This document shows, in pieces, positions 18,214 to 31,538 of a stretch of 64,000 nt of DNA (the first letter of the stretch is position 1; each line of letters starts with the position of its first letter). The stretch lies in contig DATMJK010000059.1 of NCBI GenBank assembly GCA_035553915.1, forward strand, positions 5,396-69,395, given 5' to 3'. Source of the DNA: Candidatus Limnocylindrales bacterium. Lineage in GTDB: Bacteria; Chloroflexota; Limnocylindria; Limnocylindrales; CSP1-4. Made by a program: the position numbers and the translations under genes. A model generated the notes under the pieces. It made no database searches. It saw only the letters and a program-made list of their open reading frames with translations, and had not been told where the DNA came from.

Positions 18214-18651
18214 TTGAGCGCCGGCGCCACGACCAGCGTCGAACGCCCAGCTGCGCGCACGTCGGAAGGCGCCAGACTCGTGCTGTGCGCGATCGACGAC
18301 GGGCGGCTGCTGTGCGGCCGGGTGGCAATCGCCGGCTCGTTCGCGGCGCGCTCGGTCGGTCTCATCGGACGGCGCGGGCTTGATCCCGACGAGGGTCTGT
18401 ACCTGCCCGGCACGAGCTCGATCCACATGCTCTTCATGCGCTTTCCGATCGATTGCCTGTTCCTGTCACGGCCGGCAGCCGATGGTTCGCGCCGGGTGAC
18501 TGCCGTCCGCCACGGGCTCAAGCCGTGGCGCGGCGTCGTCTGGCACGTCCGCCGAACCGAGGGGGTCATCGAGCTCGCCGCCGGCACGCTAGCCAGGAAC
18601 GGGACTCAAGTGGGTGACGTCGTCCGGCTCGAGCGCTCCGTCACGAGCTGA
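18214..18651 (+). CDS. DUF192 domain protein
   Basis: TTG start 6 nt after tadC. GLYLPGTSSIHMLFMRFPIDCLFL ... GVIELAAGTLARNGTQVGDVV resembles the DUF192 family often found at Tad loci. Confidence 0.65.
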   Translation: MSAGATTSVERPAARTSEGARLVLCAIDDGRLLCGRVAIAGSFAARSVGLIGRRGLDPDEGLYLPGTSSIHMLFMRFPIDCLFLSRPAADGSRRVTAVRHGLKPWRGVVWHVRRTEGVIELAAGTLARNGTQVGDVVRLERSVTS

Positions 18652-19778
18652 ACTGTCGGCCGCCGCCGCCAGGCGGCGAGGGCCGGCTCACCCCTGTCCG
18701 GCGCGGCGAACGGCAGCAGCATGCCCGCCAGGCCGATCACCGGCAACGCCCAGGTCATGCCCAGCACCGGCGTCCAGACGAGCAGTGGCAGCGCCAGCCC
18801 CCAGATTCGGCCGCGCCCGGCGAGGAAGGCGGCCGGCACGATCAGCTGGGTCAGGTAGTGGTCCCACAGCAGTGGCGACACAAAGAGCGTGGCCATGGAG
18901 ACGACCACGAAGCTCAGCTCCCGGTCGCGGCGCAGGCTGAGCAGCGAGGCCGCGGCGGCGATGGCGTACGTTGCCAGCAACGCGCCCGACACCAGCAACG
19001 ACGGTGCCCCGTATCCGAGCAGGATTGAGGCCAGGTCGACGTTGTTCGGCACGCCGGTCACGGCGCCCAGGTTGCGCAGCACGGCCAGGTAGTCGAGATA
19101 CGGCCCCAAGCCGATCAGCGGCAGCGTCAGCAGCACGATGACGCCCGCCCCGCCCACGGACCAGGCCAGCGGCAGCCAGCGCCGGCGCGCGGCCCACCAC
19201 AGCAGGAACAGGCCCATCGTGGGCCGGGCGAAGAGGGACAGCGCCACGGCCAGCGCGCCGGCCGGCCGGTCGAGGTAACGCCACGCGACGATCGTCAGGA
19301 AGGTGATCACCAGGCTGACGTTGCCCAGCGCGAGGTCGATAAGGACCACCAGCGACAGGCCACCGACGCCGATCAATGCCACGCGCAGCCGCCACGAGAC
19401 AGGCATCAGCAGCGCGCCGCCTATCAGCAGCCCCACCCGAAGCACCAGCCACAGGTCGGTCGCGGCCGCGCTGCCGAGCAGGGTCATGGGCCAGGCGAGC
19501 AGTGAGGGCAGCGGCGAGTATAGGTACAGACCGGCCGGACCCGGGCTGAAGGGCCCGGCCAGGGTCGCGGCCAGGTACGGCGTGCCCGTCTCGGCCAGCC
19601 GCAGCGCGGCGCCGTAATAGGCCATGAAGTCGAAGCCCCAGGCACGGCTGAGGGGCAGGATGGGCAGTGCCAACGCAACCACGATCAAGCCGACGGCGCA
19701 GAGCGCCATCGCCGCCGCATCGCGCCACAGCTCGGGGTTGCGCAGCGCCAGCCCGGAACGCTTGCCACGGCGCTGCAT
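18606..19778 (-). CDS. GT87/DUF2029-family polytopic membrane glycosyltransferase
   Basis: About 10 TM helices and an N-terminal loop motif WGFDFMAYYGAALRLAETGTPY typical of DUF2029. Its 3' end overlaps the convergent DUF192 gene by 46 nt. Confidence 0.7.
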   Translation of the reverse strand: MQRRGKRSGLALRNPELWRDAAAMALCAVGLIVVALALPILPLSRAWGFDFMAYYGAALRLAETGTPYLAATLAGPFSPGPAGLYLYSPLPSLLAWPMTLLGSAAATDLWLVLRVGLLIGGALLMPVSWRLRVALIGVGGLSLVVLIDLALGNVSLVITFLTIVAWRYLDRPAGALAVALSLFARPTMGLFLLWWAARRRWLPLAWSVGGAGVIVLLTLPLIGLGPYLDYLAVLRNLGAVTGVPNNVDLASILLGYGAPSLLVSGALLATYAIAAAASLLSLRRDRELSFVVVSMATLFVSPLLWDHYLTQLIVPAAFLAGRGRIWGLALPLLVWTPVLGMTWALPVIGLAGMLLPFAAPDRGEPALAAWRRRPTVQLVTERSSRTTSPT

Positions 19779-19803
19779 CGAGCCGATGATAAGCCGGCGC
19801 TAA

Positions 19804-20481
19804 GTGGCACGCGGCATGCTGCGCGCCATGCAACGGCTCATCGACATGCTCATCCCTCCGGTCTGCCCCGGCTGTGGCCACGAGGGCGAGGCACCGTGCC
19901 GCGGCTGCCTGGACCGGATGGGCCGGCGGCTCGGCGAGCCGGCGGGCTTGCCGCTCGGGCTGGCCGGCAGCCAGCCGGCAGGCATTGTCCAGCTCGAGTG
20001 GTGCGGCCCGTACGCTGGCGCCGCGCGCGACTGCCTGCACGAGCTGAAGTACGACGGCGAGCAGCGGCTGGCGGGCCCGCTGGGCCGTTTGATGGCGGAG
20101 CGCTGGCGCAGGGCCGGCGTAGGTGGCGACGTGCTCGTGCCGGTGCCGGTCCATGCCGCCCGGCGACGCGATCGCGGCTTCGACCAGGCTGAGCTGCTTG
20201 CCGGCTCGATCGCGCAGGCGCTCGGGCTGGCGGTCGTGCCCGCCCTGGCGCGCAGCGCCCGAACCACCGCCCAGCACTCGCTCGGCCGCGAGGCGCGCGA
20301 GCGCAACGTCGGCCGCGTCTTCGCGGTGCCGGCGCGCCACGAGGCTGCGGTACGCGGCCGGTGGATCATCCTGGTTGACGACGTGTCCACGACCGGCGCG
20401 ACGCTGGCCGCCTGCGCTGACGCCCTGTACGCGGCCGGTTCGCGCGCCGTGTCTGCGCTCGCCCTGGCGCGCGAGCGCTAG
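19804..20481 (+). CDS. comF: ComF-family phosphoribosyltransferase-domain protein
   Basis: N-terminal zinc ribbon CPGCGHEGEAPCRGC and C-terminal PRTase loop IILVDDVSTTGATL. Confidence 0.8.
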   Translation: MARGMLRAMQRLIDMLIPPVCPGCGHEGEAPCRGCLDRMGRRLGEPAGLPLGLAGSQPAGIVQLEWCGPYAGAARDCLHELKYDGEQRLAGPLGRLMAERWRRAGVGGDVLVPVPVHAARRRDRGFDQAELLAGSIAQALGLAVVPALARSARTTAQHSLGREARERNVGRVFAVPARHEAAVRGRWIILVDDVSTTGATLAACADALYAAGSRAVSALALARER

Positions 20482-20768
20482 ATCGGCCAGCCCTCGCGGG
20501 GCAGCAGGCCGTAGATCCCGCCGCTGCGCTTCATGAAGCCCTCGTCGACGAGGTAGCGGCGCAGCGATACGACATCGGCGTGGCGCAACGCCAGGCGCAT
20601 GTTGACCTCATTCTTCGGGTGCTGGCGGGTGACGCTGCGGCGCCTCAGGCGGGACCGTGCCGCAAGGTCCGCGCCGGAGATCGGGCGACCCTCCGCCAGC
20701 GCGGCCAGGATGCGCAACCGCGCTACGTCCGAAAGAGCCCTCAGGGCAGTCATGAGCTCGGCATCCAC
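20478..20768 (-). CDS. small HTH (ArsR-like) / DUF2087-type regulator
   Basis: LRALSDVARLRILAALAEGRPISGADLA resembles a winged-helix N-terminus. The C-terminal EVNMRLALRHADVVSLRRYLVDEGFMKRSGGIY resembles DUF2087. Confidence 0.55.
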   Translation of the reverse strand: MDAELMTALRALSDVARLRILAALAEGRPISGADLAARSRLRRRSVTRQHPKNEVNMRLALRHADVVSLRRYLVDEGFMKRSGGIYGLLPREGWPI

Positions 20769-20839
20769 GATCGCGCAACGATAGGCGGTGGCCTGAGTGC
20801 GCGTCCAGGTGGCGCCGCGGCACTACGATCGCGCCGGAC

Positions 20840-21823
20840 ATGAGCACGCAGCCTGGCCACGACGCGCGCCTGATCGGCCTGCACCTGCCACTCGGTGGCG
20901 GCCTGCTCAAGGCCGCCGATCGCGCCAGCGTGATCGGCGCGCGCACGATCCAGGTCTTCACTGACAATCCCACGGCCTGGCGGCGTCGGTCCGGTTTGCC
21001 GGCGCAGCTGGCGGAGTTCCGCGCCCGGCTGGCTGGGCACGGCATCGGCCCGATCGCCGTCCACGCGCCGTATCTCGTCAACCTGGCCGGCGCAGATGCC
21101 GAGTTCTGGCAGCGCTCGGTGGCGACGCTGGTCAACGACCTGGCCGTGGCCGAGGCCTTCGGCGCCCGCTTCCTCAATGTCCACGCCGGCTCGCATCGCG
21201 GGCACAGCCGAGTAGACGGCATCCGGCGGCTGGGCGAGGGCATCGCGCGGGTGCTCCGCGAAGCACCCGCGGCGGCCGATCGGGAGGCGCGGCCACTGCT
21301 GGTCGTGGAGAACTCGGTCGGCGCCGGCGAGACGGTGGGCAACACGCTCGAGGAGCTGGCCGAGGTGGTCGCCGCGGCCGATCGCTTTGGCGCGCCAATC
21401 GAGCGCGTCGGGGTCTGCCTCGACACCGCTCACCTGTGGGCCTACGGCTATCGGCTCGACAGACCCAAGGCAGTGGACGTGCTGGCGGAGCGGGCGCATG
21501 AGCTGCTCGGCGATCGGCTGGTCATGATCCACCTCAACGATGCCCGGACGGCCTGCGGCTCGCGGGTTGATCGGCACGAGCACATAGGCGCCGGCCAGAT
21601 CGGAGCGGCGGCGATCCGGCGGTTGCTCGAGCATCCGCGCCTCGGGCGCCTGCCGACCGTCCTCGAGACGCCGGGCATGGACGCGGGCTACGACCTCGTC
21701 AACATGGAGCGGGTGCGGTTGCTGCTCGCCGGCAACGAGCGGCTGCCGGTCCTGCCACCGGAGGCATTCCAGACGCGCGGATCGCGCTCGCGCAGCGCCC
21801 CGCCGGCCGCCGACGAAGCCTGA
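20840..21823 (+). CDS. nfo: endonuclease IV (AP endonuclease family 2)
   Basis: IQVFTDNPTAW, AVHAPYLVNLA, FLNVHAGSH, VVENSVG, CLDTAHLWAYG and IHLNDA metal-site motifs. Confidence 0.85.
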   Translation: MSTQPGHDARLIGLHLPLGGGLLKAADRASVIGARTIQVFTDNPTAWRRRSGLPAQLAEFRARLAGHGIGPIAVHAPYLVNLAGADAEFWQRSVATLVNDLAVAEAFGARFLNVHAGSHRGHSRVDGIRRLGEGIARVLREAPAAADREARPLLVVENSVGAGETVGNTLEELAEVVAAADRFGAPIERVGVCLDTAHLWAYGYRLDRPKAVDVLAERAHELLGDRLVMIHLNDARTACGSRVDRHEHIGAGQIGAAAIRRLLEHPRLGRLPTVLETPGMDAGYDLVNMERVRLLLAGNERLPVLPPEAFQTRGSRSRSAPPAADEA

Positions 21824-22039
21824 CCGGGACCGCCCTGCGGTGCAGCCCGCGAGACAGGGATTGGGCCGCACCGGACCGCACCTCAAAGCCCTCGACCGCT
21901 GCACCGTACGGCCCGCATGGGAGCCGTACCAAGGGCCTATATCGGTGGCGCATGCGAGCACCGGATGATGCCCCCGTCGCCAGCGAAGCGGCCGGGAAGA
22001 GGGGGCCCGCACAGCCGTCACCGGAGAGTGAATCCAGCG

Positions 22040-22459
22040 ATGAGCGTCCAGAACGGACGGGCCTTCAACGAGTGGTTGAGGACCCAGCTGAAGGCGAAGA
22101 AGATGTCGCAGCGCCAGCTGGCGCAGCAGTCTGGTGTCGATCACTCGACGATCTCGCGCCTCGTGCGCGGCGACCGGACACCCTCGCTCGGCACTGCCTC
22201 GAAACTGGCCCGCGGCCTGCGTGAGCTGCGTGACGAGACTGACGCGCCGCAGTACTTCGGGCTAATGGGTGCCGCCGTCAGCCATCCGACCGCGCGCGTC
22301 GAGTACGCCCTGCGCGCCGACGACCTGCTGAGCGAGCCGCAGGTCCGCCAGGTGATGGAGTACTACCTCGCGTTGCGCATGCGCCGACTGGCCGCTGCCC
22401 GGCAGGGGATCGCCGGCACCACCGCGCACCTGACCAACACACGCACAGCCGACCGCTGA
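22040..22459 (+). CDS. XRE-family helix-turn-helix transcriptional regulator
   Basis: LKAKKMSQRQLAQQSGVDHSTISRLVRGDRTPSLGTASKLARGL is a canonical HTH_3 domain. ATG 22040 is Met42 of track ORF 21917..22459. Confidence 0.75.
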   Translation: MSVQNGRAFNEWLRTQLKAKKMSQRQLAQQSGVDHSTISRLVRGDRTPSLGTASKLARGLRELRDETDAPQYFGLMGAAVSHPTARVEYALRADDLLSEPQVRQVMEYYLALRMRRLAAARQGIAGTTAHLTNTRTADR

Positions 22460-22510
22460 TTTCACGCGCCGGCCGTGCCCCCGGCGCGCGAAACGAGACC
22501 TCCGCCCTAG

Positions 22511-22550
22511 GCGATGCCGGTTTATCTGGGGACCGGCATCGCTCTTCTTT
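22511..22550 (+). terminator. rho-independent terminator after the XRE gene
   Basis: gcgatgccggt and accggcatcgc form an 11-bp stem with a 10-nt loop, followed by tcttcttt. It sits in the convergent gap 22460-22562. Confidence 0.55.
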
Positions 22551-22562
22551 GTGGCCCGCGCC

Positions 22563-23648
22563 TCACGCGTTCGGCTGGAAGTCCGCCTCGCGCCGCCGCC
22601 GGCCACCCTTCGTCTTGCGCGACAGCACGTAAGCGACGCTGCCCAGGATGATGATCGACAGCACGCTGATCGCCCGGTCCACGACGGTGATCGCCACCGC
22701 GTCGCTCTCCGGCACGCCGTAGATCAGGGTCAGGATGCCGACCACGCCGAGCTCGACGACGCCCAGCCCAGCGGGCGTGAACGGGATCGCCGTCAGCAGC
22801 GAGGCCGCGAGGGCAACGAAGAACGCGCCGCTGATGCCCAGGTGGACCTCCGTGAAGTTGAGCGCGGTGATGACGAGCAGCAGGCGCATCGCCTCTGTCG
22901 CCCAGATCAGCGCCGTCACGATCGCCAGCCATGGCACCTGGCGCTTGCCGACCGAGAAGACGCCCTCCTCGAAGCGATCGTAGTACTCGAGCATCTTCTG
23001 CTTTGCCGGCACCGGCGCCCGGACGATCAGCCGACGGCCGAAGTTGCGCACCGTGTACAGCCCGATGCTCAGGCCGAACACAACGGCCAGGCCTATCCCG
23101 AAGACCAGCTGCACCTCGGCCGGCAGACCCGCCCGAAAGCTCCAGAAGCCCGCCGCAAGGCCGAGGATTGCGATGGCGAAGAGATCGAAGATGCGCTCGA
23201 TGAAGACCGTGCCGAAGGTCCGGCTGAGCGAGACCAGGAAGTTCGCCCGCAGCAGCCAGGCGCGGTAGACATCGCCGAGCTTGGCGGGAACGAGGCAGTT
23301 GACCAGCCAGGACAGGAACATGATCTCGGTTGAGTCGCGCAGCCCGATGCGCGTGCCGGCGCCCCGCAGCAGCAGCTGCCAGCGATAGCCGCGCAACGGA
23401 AAGCCCAGGTAGTAGACAGCAAACGCCGCCACCAGCAGCCACGGATCGGCCCCGCCAATCCGGGCCAGCGCCTCCTCGAGCCGGAAACCCGGCAGCTGCG
23501 TCACGAGCAGCCCCAGCAGGATGATCGGCAGCACGATCGAGACGATCGTCCGCGGGTCGCGCAGCCGCCGGCCGAGTGACAGCTGCTCCCGCTCGACCGC
23601 CTCCTCAGCCGAGCTCATGCTCGACGCCTGGTTCGTGCCGCCTTCCAT
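22563..23648 (-). CDS. flippase-like membrane protein (lysylphosphatidylglycerol-synthase TM-region / UPF0104 family)
   Basis: About 8 TM helices and the family-typical GFPLRGYRWQLLLRG loop. No C-terminal aminoacyl-transfer domain. Confidence 0.7.
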   Translation of the reverse strand: MEGGTNQASSMSSAEEAVEREQLSLGRRLRDPRTIVSIVLPIILLGLLVTQLPGFRLEEALARIGGADPWLLVAAFAVYYLGFPLRGYRWQLLLRGAGTRIGLRDSTEIMFLSWLVNCLVPAKLGDVYRAWLLRANFLVSLSRTFGTVFIERIFDLFAIAILGLAAGFWSFRAGLPAEVQLVFGIGLAVVFGLSIGLYTVRNFGRRLIVRAPVPAKQKMLEYYDRFEEGVFSVGKRQVPWLAIVTALIWATEAMRLLLVITALNFTEVHLGISGAFFVALAASLLTAIPFTPAGLGVVELGVVGILTLIYGVPESDAVAITVVDRAISVLSIIILGSVAYVLSRKTKGGRRRREADFQPNA

Positions 23649-24394
23649 CAGCCGCGCGCCGGCGTCGGCTGGATGCGCCTATTCCCGCGCAGCCACTGGA
23701 CGCCCTTGGAGATGGGCATGCCCAGGCGGACGAGACGTGACGCACGGCCGGTGACGAGCTCCGTGCCCGCCGCCAGTGCGGCGCGCAGCCCGGCAGCCGA
23801 GGAGAGGTCGCCGTGCAGGATCGTGTAGGCCACGCCCACCTCCATGAGCGTGTGGGCATCGGTCGCAGCGACCGCCGGCAGGCCCGCGTCGTGTGCCAGC
23901 TCGGCCGCACGAAGGTTGCCGTCGCCAACCATCACCCGCGCGTTGTAGGCCTCGACGTAGTCGACCAGCTCGAGCAGCGCATGCCAGTCGCCGCCAGCGT
24001 TCCAACGTGCGCCCGATGACCTGAACCGGTCAAAAGGATGGGGCAGGCCCACGACGCCGCCCTGCTCGCGGATCGCCTGGACCGTGTCAAGCGCTGGCAT
24101 GCCCGGGGCGACCGGCCGGGCAAGGTACAGCCCGATCAGGTCGCCACCCTGGCTGCGCACCTCCTGGCCGACAATGACCGTCAGCTCTGGCGGCGCGGCG
24201 TCGCGGCCGGCGAGCGCGCCGTCGATCCGCTCGTGATCGGTGATCGCGAGGTGCGTCAGACCGCGTGCGGCGGCCGCACGAACGACGGCCGCCGGGCTCG
24301 CGAGGCTGTCGAAGGAGGCCGAGGTATGGCAGTGCAGGTCGGCGAAGACCCGCTGCCCTGGCACCGCGCCCGTGGCCAGGCCGGGCATTGGCAA
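23648..24394 (-). CDS. PHP-domain metal-dependent phosphoesterase
   Basis: ADLHCHTSASFDS, THLAITDHE and TDAHT motifs of the PHP superfamily. Confidence 0.8.
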   Translation of the reverse strand: MPMPGLATGAVPGQRVFADLHCHTSASFDSLASPAAVVRAAAARGLTHLAITDHERIDGALAGRDAAPPELTVIVGQEVRSQGGDLIGLYLARPVAPGMPALDTVQAIREQGGVVGLPHPFDRFRSSGARWNAGGDWHALLELVDYVEAYNARVMVGDGNLRAAELAHDAGLPAVAATDAHTLMEVGVAYTILHGDLSSAAGLRAALAAGTELVTGRASRLVRLGMPISKGVQWLRGNRRIQPTPARG

Positions 24395-24396
24395 TC

Positions 24397-25386
24397 TCAG
24401 ATCTTCTGCACCAGCGACTTCTTGAAGAAGTCGAAGTGCTCGAGCGCCAGGCCGGTGCCCAGGGCGACGCAGTTGAGCGGATTCTCTGCGACGTGGCAGG
24501 GCACGCCGGTGACCTGGGTCAGCAGGCGGTCGATGTTGCGCAGCAGCGACCCGCCGCCGGACATGACCATGCCCTTGTCGATGATGTCGCTCGACAGCTC
24601 CGGTGGCGTCTCCTCCAGGACGTTGCGCACCGTGGCAACGATCTGCTGGAGTGGTGCTTCGAGGGCCTCGGTCACCTCCGAGCTGGTCAGCGGGATCGTT
24701 CGCGGCAAGCCCGCGATGAGGTCGCGGCCGCGAACGTCCATGTGCAGCTCGCGCTCCAGCGGCAGCGCCGTGCCGATGGTTATCTTGACCTCCTCGGCCG
24801 TGCGCTCGCCGATCATCAGGTTGTACTTCTTGCGCACGTAGCTGGCGATCGCCTCATCGAAGCGATTGCCGCCGACGCGGACCGAGCGAGCGACGACGAT
24901 GCCCCCCAGCGAGATGACCGCGATCTCGCTCGTGCCGCCGCCGATGTCGATGATCAGGTTGCCTGACGGGCTGCTGATGGGCACGTTAGCGCCGATCGCC
25001 GCCGCCAGCGGCTCCTCGATCAGGTAGGCCTCGCGGGCTCCCGCCTTGAGCGCGGCGTCGCGCACGGCGCGCTTCTCGACGCTGGTCACGCCCGAAGGCA
25101 CGCTGATCATCACGTCCGGCTTGGTGAACGAGCGGCCGGCCTTCTTGATGAAGTAGCGCAGCATCGCCTCGGTGATGACGTAGTCGGCGATGACGCCATC
25201 CTTCATCGGCCGGATTGCGCTGATGTTGCCCGGCGTGCGGCCGATCATCTCGCGCGCCTCGTCGCCGACGGCGACGATGTGGTTGTCGTCGCTGACCGCG
25301 ACGACGCTTGGTTCCTGGATCACGACGCCCCGCCCCTTGACGTAGACGAGGATGTTGGCCGTGCCCAGGTCGATGCCGATCTTCAT
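24397..25386 (-). CDS. mreB: rod shape-determining actin homologue MreB
   Basis: [49 protein letters not shown] and [17 protein letters not shown] motifs. Confidence 0.95.
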   Translation of the reverse strand: MKIGIDLGTANILVYVKGRGVVIQEPSVVAVSDDNHIVAVGDEAREMIGRTPGNISAIRPMKDGVIADYVITEAMLRYFIKKAGRSFTKPDVMISVPSGVTSVEKRAVRDAALKAGAREAYLIEEPLAAAIGANVPISSPSGNLIIDIGGGTSEIAVISLGGIVVARSVRVGGNRFDEAIASYVRKKYNLMIGERTAEEVKITIGTALPLERELHMDVRGRDLIAGLPRTIPLTSSEVTEALEAPLQQIVATVRNVLEETPPELSSDIIDKGMVMSGGGSLLRNIDRLLTQVTGVPCHVAENPLNCVALGTGLALEHFDFFKKSLVQKI

Positions 25387-26729
25387 GCTGAGATGCCTGC
25401 CTGACTGTCAGAGACGAGCTCGACCTGCGCGCCCAGGTCGAGGAACTTGCGCTCGATGTTCTCATACCCCCGGCGGACGTGATGTCCGCCGTGAATGAGG
25501 CTCTCGCCCTGCGCGGCGAGGGCGGCGACGATGAGTGAGGCGCCGGCCCGCAGGTCGCCCATCTCGACCTCCGCGCCGTGCAACGGCGAGGGCCCGTGGA
25601 TCAGCGCGTTGTGGTCGTCGACGAGCTCGACCCGCGCGCCGAGGCGACCGAGCTGTGACAGCCACTCGAGGCGGTCTTCGAAGATCGTCTCATGGAGGCG
25701 GCTCGTGCCGCGCGCCTGGCTGAGCAGCACTGACGTGGGCGGCTGCAGGTCAGTGGCCAGGCCGGGATAGGGCGCCGTCGCGACGTCGCTGGCGCGGTAC
25801 TCGTCGCTGCCCGGCGGCGCGCCGCGGACCTCGATCGTGTCACGGCCGCAGGCGACCGCGACCCCCGTCTGGGCCATCACCTCGAGGAAGGCGCCCAGGT
25901 GCTCGCATGGCGCGGATTCGAGCGTCACCTCGCCGCCGGTGACCGCCGCGGCGACGACGAACGTGCCCGCCTCGATGCGGTCGGAGATGATCTGGTGATC
26001 GGCGCCGCGCAGCCGCCGTCGCCCGCTGACGACGATCGTGTCCGGGGCGGTGCGAGATACCTCGGCGCCCATCTTCTGCAGGAAGGCGATCAGGTCGTCC
26101 ACCTCGGGCTCCCGGGCGGCGGGCCGGATGGTAGTCGTGCCGTCGGCAAGCACGGCGGCCAGGATGGCGTTCTCAGTGCCCATCACGGTCACCTGCGGGA
26201 AGGTCAGCTCAGCGCCGCGCAGCCGGCCCGGCGCGCGGGCGAAGTAGTAACCGTTGCGGTAGTCGATCTCGGCGCCCAGCGCGCGCATCGCGTCGACGTG
26301 CAGGTTGACCGGACGCCGCCCGATGCGGTCGCCGCCGGGGTTGCTGATGATCACCCGCCCGAAGCGCCCAAGCAGCGGCCCGAGCAGGATGAACGAGGCG
26401 CGCATCTTGGCCGCCGCCTCGAGTGGCACGAAGAGCCATTCGACGTCCCCGGCGGCGACCTCGTACGTCCCCTCGGCCGGGTGGTCGACGGTCACGCCCA
26501 GGTCCTGCAGCACGCCGGCCATGACGCGCACGTCCTCGATCTCAGGCACGTTCGTGAAGCGGCAGCGCTCGCCGGTCAGCGTTGCCGCGGCGAGCATCTT
26601 GAGCGCTGCGTTCTTGCTGCCGCTGACCCGCAGGCGACCGCGCAGCGGGCGGCCGCCGGTGACGCGGAACGCCTGCGGCGCGACGGGCGGTGCCTGGTAC
26701 TCCCAGTGGAAGAGTCGATCGCCGGCCAA
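25383..26729 (-). CDS. murA: UDP-N-acetylglucosamine 1-carboxyvinyltransferase
   Basis: [31 protein letters not shown] and full-length MurA similarity. Start placed at an in-frame TTG (Leu102 of track ORF 25383..27032), 4 nt after the atpC stop. The start is uncertain. The stop overlaps the mreB start. Confidence 0.9.
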   Translation of the reverse strand: MAGDRLFHWEYQAPPVAPQAFRVTGGRPLRGRLRVSGSKNAALKMLAAATLTGERCRFTNVPEIEDVRVMAGVLQDLGVTVDHPAEGTYEVAAGDVEWLFVPLEAAAKMRASFILLGPLLGRFGRVIISNPGGDRIGRRPVNLHVDAMRALGAEIDYRNGYYFARAPGRLRGAELTFPQVTVMGTENAILAAVLADGTTTIRPAAREPEVDDLIAFLQKMGAEVSRTAPDTIVVSGRRRLRGADHQIISDRIEAGTFVVAAAVTGGEVTLESAPCEHLGAFLEVMAQTGVAVACGRDTIEVRGAPPGSDEYRASDVATAPYPGLATDLQPPTSVLLSQARGTSRLHETIFEDRLEWLSQLGRLGARVELVDDHNALIHGPSPLHGAEVEMGDLRAGASLIVAALAAQGESLIHGGHHVRRGYENIERKFLDLGAQVELVSDSQAGISA

Positions 26730-26733
26730 GGGG

Positions 26734-29448
<2,715 letters not shown>

Positions 29449-29451
29449 CGA

Positions 29452-30984
29452 TCAGGCGCTGAAGGTCTGCTTGAACGATTCGGTGGCCGAGCGCAGTCCG
29501 TTGACGATCTCGTCGCTCAGCTCCTTCTTGTCGCCGAGCGCCGTGAGGAGCTCGGCGCGCTCGGCCTCGAGGAAGCGATAGAACTGCGTCTCGAACTCGC
29601 GGATGCGCGGCGTCGGCACGTCGTCAAGGAAGCCGTTGGTCACGACCCACAGGATCGCCACCTGCTTCTCGACCGCCAGCGGCTCGTACTGCGGCTGCTT
29701 CAGCACCTCCGAGGTCTTCTCACCGCGGGTCAGCTGGTCGCGCGTGGCCTTGTCGAGGTCGGAGGCGAACTGGGCGAAGGCGGCCAGCTCGCGGTACTGG
29801 GCCAGGTCCAGCTTCAGCGGGCCGGCGACCTTCTTCATCGCCTTGGTCTGGGCCGCCGAGCCCACGCGCGAGACCGAGATGCCGACGTTGAGCGCCGGCC
29901 GCTGGCCGGCGTTGAACAGGTCCGATTCGAGGTAGATCTGGCCGTCGGTGATCGAGATGACGTTGGTCGGGATGTAAGCCGACACGTCGTTGGCCTGCGT
30001 CTCGATGATCGGCAGCGCCGTCAACGAGCCGCCGCCGAAGCCCTCGTTCAGCCGGGCCGCGCGCTCGAGCAGGCGGCTGTGGAGGTAGAAGACATCGCCC
30101 GGGTAGGCCTCGCGACCGGGCGGTCGGCGGAGCAGCAGCGACATCTCGCGATAGGCCCAGGCGTGCTTGGTCAGGTCGTCGTAGACGCATAGCGCGTCGC
30201 GGATGGACTGGCCGCCCAGCTCGATTCCGTTCTCCATTACCTCCTCGCCCATCGCGCAGCCTGAGTACGGGGCCAGGTACTGGAGTGGCGCTGGCTCCTC
30301 CGCGCCGGCGACGACGACGATGGTGTGGTTCATCGCGCCGTATTGCTCGAGCACGGCGACCGTCTTGGCCACCGTCGAGAGCTTCTGGCCGATGGCGACG
30401 TAGATGCAGACCATGCCCTTGCCGGCTTGGTTGATGATCGCGTCGATGGCTACGGCAGTCTTCCCCGTCTGCCGGTCGCCGATGATCAGCTCACGCTGGC
30501 CGCGACCGATCGGGATCAGCGCGTCGATCGCCTTGATGCCAGTCTGGACCGGCGTGTCGACCGACTTGCGGGTGATCACGCCAGGGGCGATGCGCTCGAC
30601 CGGCCGCGTCCGCTTGGCGTTGATCGGACCCTTGTCGTCGAGTGGCCGGCCGAGCGGGTCGACCACGCGGCCGATCAGCTCCGGCCCGACGGGCACCTCG
30701 ACCACGCGACCGGTGGTCTTGACCTGATCGCCTTCCTTGATCTGCTTGAAGTCGCCCAGGATGACCGCGCCGACCGTCTCCTCCTCGAGGTTCAGCGCCA
30801 TGCCCATCACACCGCCCGGAAACTCGAGCAGCTCCGAGGCGAGCGCGTCACCCAGGCCGTACACCTGGGCGATGCCGTCCCCGACCTCGACGACGGTGCC
30901 CACTGAGCGCGTCTCGACGCCGGCCTCGAACTCGTCGATGGCGGACTTGATGATGGTCGTGATGTCGGCGGATCGGATGGCCAT
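29452..30984 (-). CDS. atpA: F1 ATP synthase alpha subunit
   Basis: Walker [10 protein letters not shown] and full-length alpha-subunit similarity. Confidence 0.97.
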   Translation of the reverse strand: MAIRSADITTIIKSAIDEFEAGVETRSVGTVVEVGDGIAQVYGLGDALASELLEFPGGVMGMALNLEEETVGAVILGDFKQIKEGDQVKTTGRVVEVPVGPELIGRVVDPLGRPLDDKGPINAKRTRPVERIAPGVITRKSVDTPVQTGIKAIDALIPIGRGQRELIIGDRQTGKTAVAIDAIINQAGKGMVCIYVAIGQKLSTVAKTVAVLEQYGAMNHTIVVVAGAEEPAPLQYLAPYSGCAMGEEVMENGIELGGQSIRDALCVYDDLTKHAWAYREMSLLLRRPPGREAYPGDVFYLHSRLLERAARLNEGFGGGSLTALPIIETQANDVSAYIPTNVISITDGQIYLESDLFNAGQRPALNVGISVSRVGSAAQTKAMKKVAGPLKLDLAQYRELAAFAQFASDLDKATRDQLTRGEKTSEVLKQPQYEPLAVEKQVAILWVVTNGFLDDVPTPRIREFETQFYRFLEAERAELLTALGDKKELSDEIVNGLRSATESFKQTFSA

Positions 30985-30995
30985 TGGGTCTCCTG

Positions 30996-31538
30996 TCAGG
31001 CGCTCGCGGTGAGCCTTGTGCGCAGTCTTTCGAGGCGGCCGCGGACGCTGCCGTCGATCAGCCGGTCGCCGAGGCGAACAGCGATCCCGCCGATGAGTGA
31101 GGGATCGACCTCGAGCGACAGCTCGACGCGCCCGCCGGCGATGTCGACCAGCCGCCGCTCCAGCTCGGCCACGTCGGTGTCAGACAGAGGCGCGGCGCTG
31201 ATCGCCGTCGCCTCGACGACGCCGGCGCGGCGGTTGTACAGCCGGCGGAACTCCTCGGTGATGCGCGGCAGCTGCTCCAGCCGGCGGCGGCGCAGCACGA
31301 GCAGCAACAGGTTGCGCACCTGCGGCAGGGCATCCGCGCCGAGCGCGCCGGTGATCGCCGCGCTGCGCGTCTCCAGGGGCACCGCCGGATCCTCGAGCCG
31401 CCTGACCATCTGCCCATCCGCCAACGCCGCCGAGAACCGCTCCAGCTGCTGGCGCCACTGCTCGACGGTGCCGTCGCGCAGGGCGATCTCGAAAGCGGCC
31501 TCGGCGTAGCGGCGCGCGCTGGTCGTCGGGCGGGCCAT
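30996..31538 (-). CDS. atpH: F1 ATP synthase delta (OSCP) subunit
   Basis: [12 protein letters not shown]-terminus, C-terminal [24 protein letters not shown], and position between atpF and atpA. Confidence 0.85.
   Translation of the reverse strand: MARPTTSARRYAEAAFEIALRDGTVEQWRQQLERFSAALADGQMVRRLEDPAVPLETRSAAITGALGADALPQVRNLLLLVLRRRRLEQLPRITEEFRRLYNRRAGVVEATAISAAPLSDTDVAELERRLVDIAGGRVELSLEVDPSLIGGIAVRLGDRLIDGSVRGRLERLRTRLTASA

Noticed and set aside
18688-20340. 550-aa minus-strand ORF overlapping the GT87 and comF genes
   Set aside because: It is an alternative frame of the GT87 region and antisense to comF. The product is Arg/Ala/Gly/Pro-rich nonsense. GT87 (same strand, other frame) and ComF both have recognisable motifs.
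20478-20481. Convergent comF and HTH/DUF2087 genes share a palindromic CTAG, so each strand reads TAG as its stop
   Set aside because: The observation is real but trivial. A 4-nt convergent overlap at a palindromic stop is common in compact GC-rich genomes.
22460-22500. tgatttcacgcgccgg resembles a half parS site
   Set aside because: Only about half of the palindrome matches. It is better explained as part of a GC hairpin (cgcgccgg/ccggcgcg) in the convergent gap.
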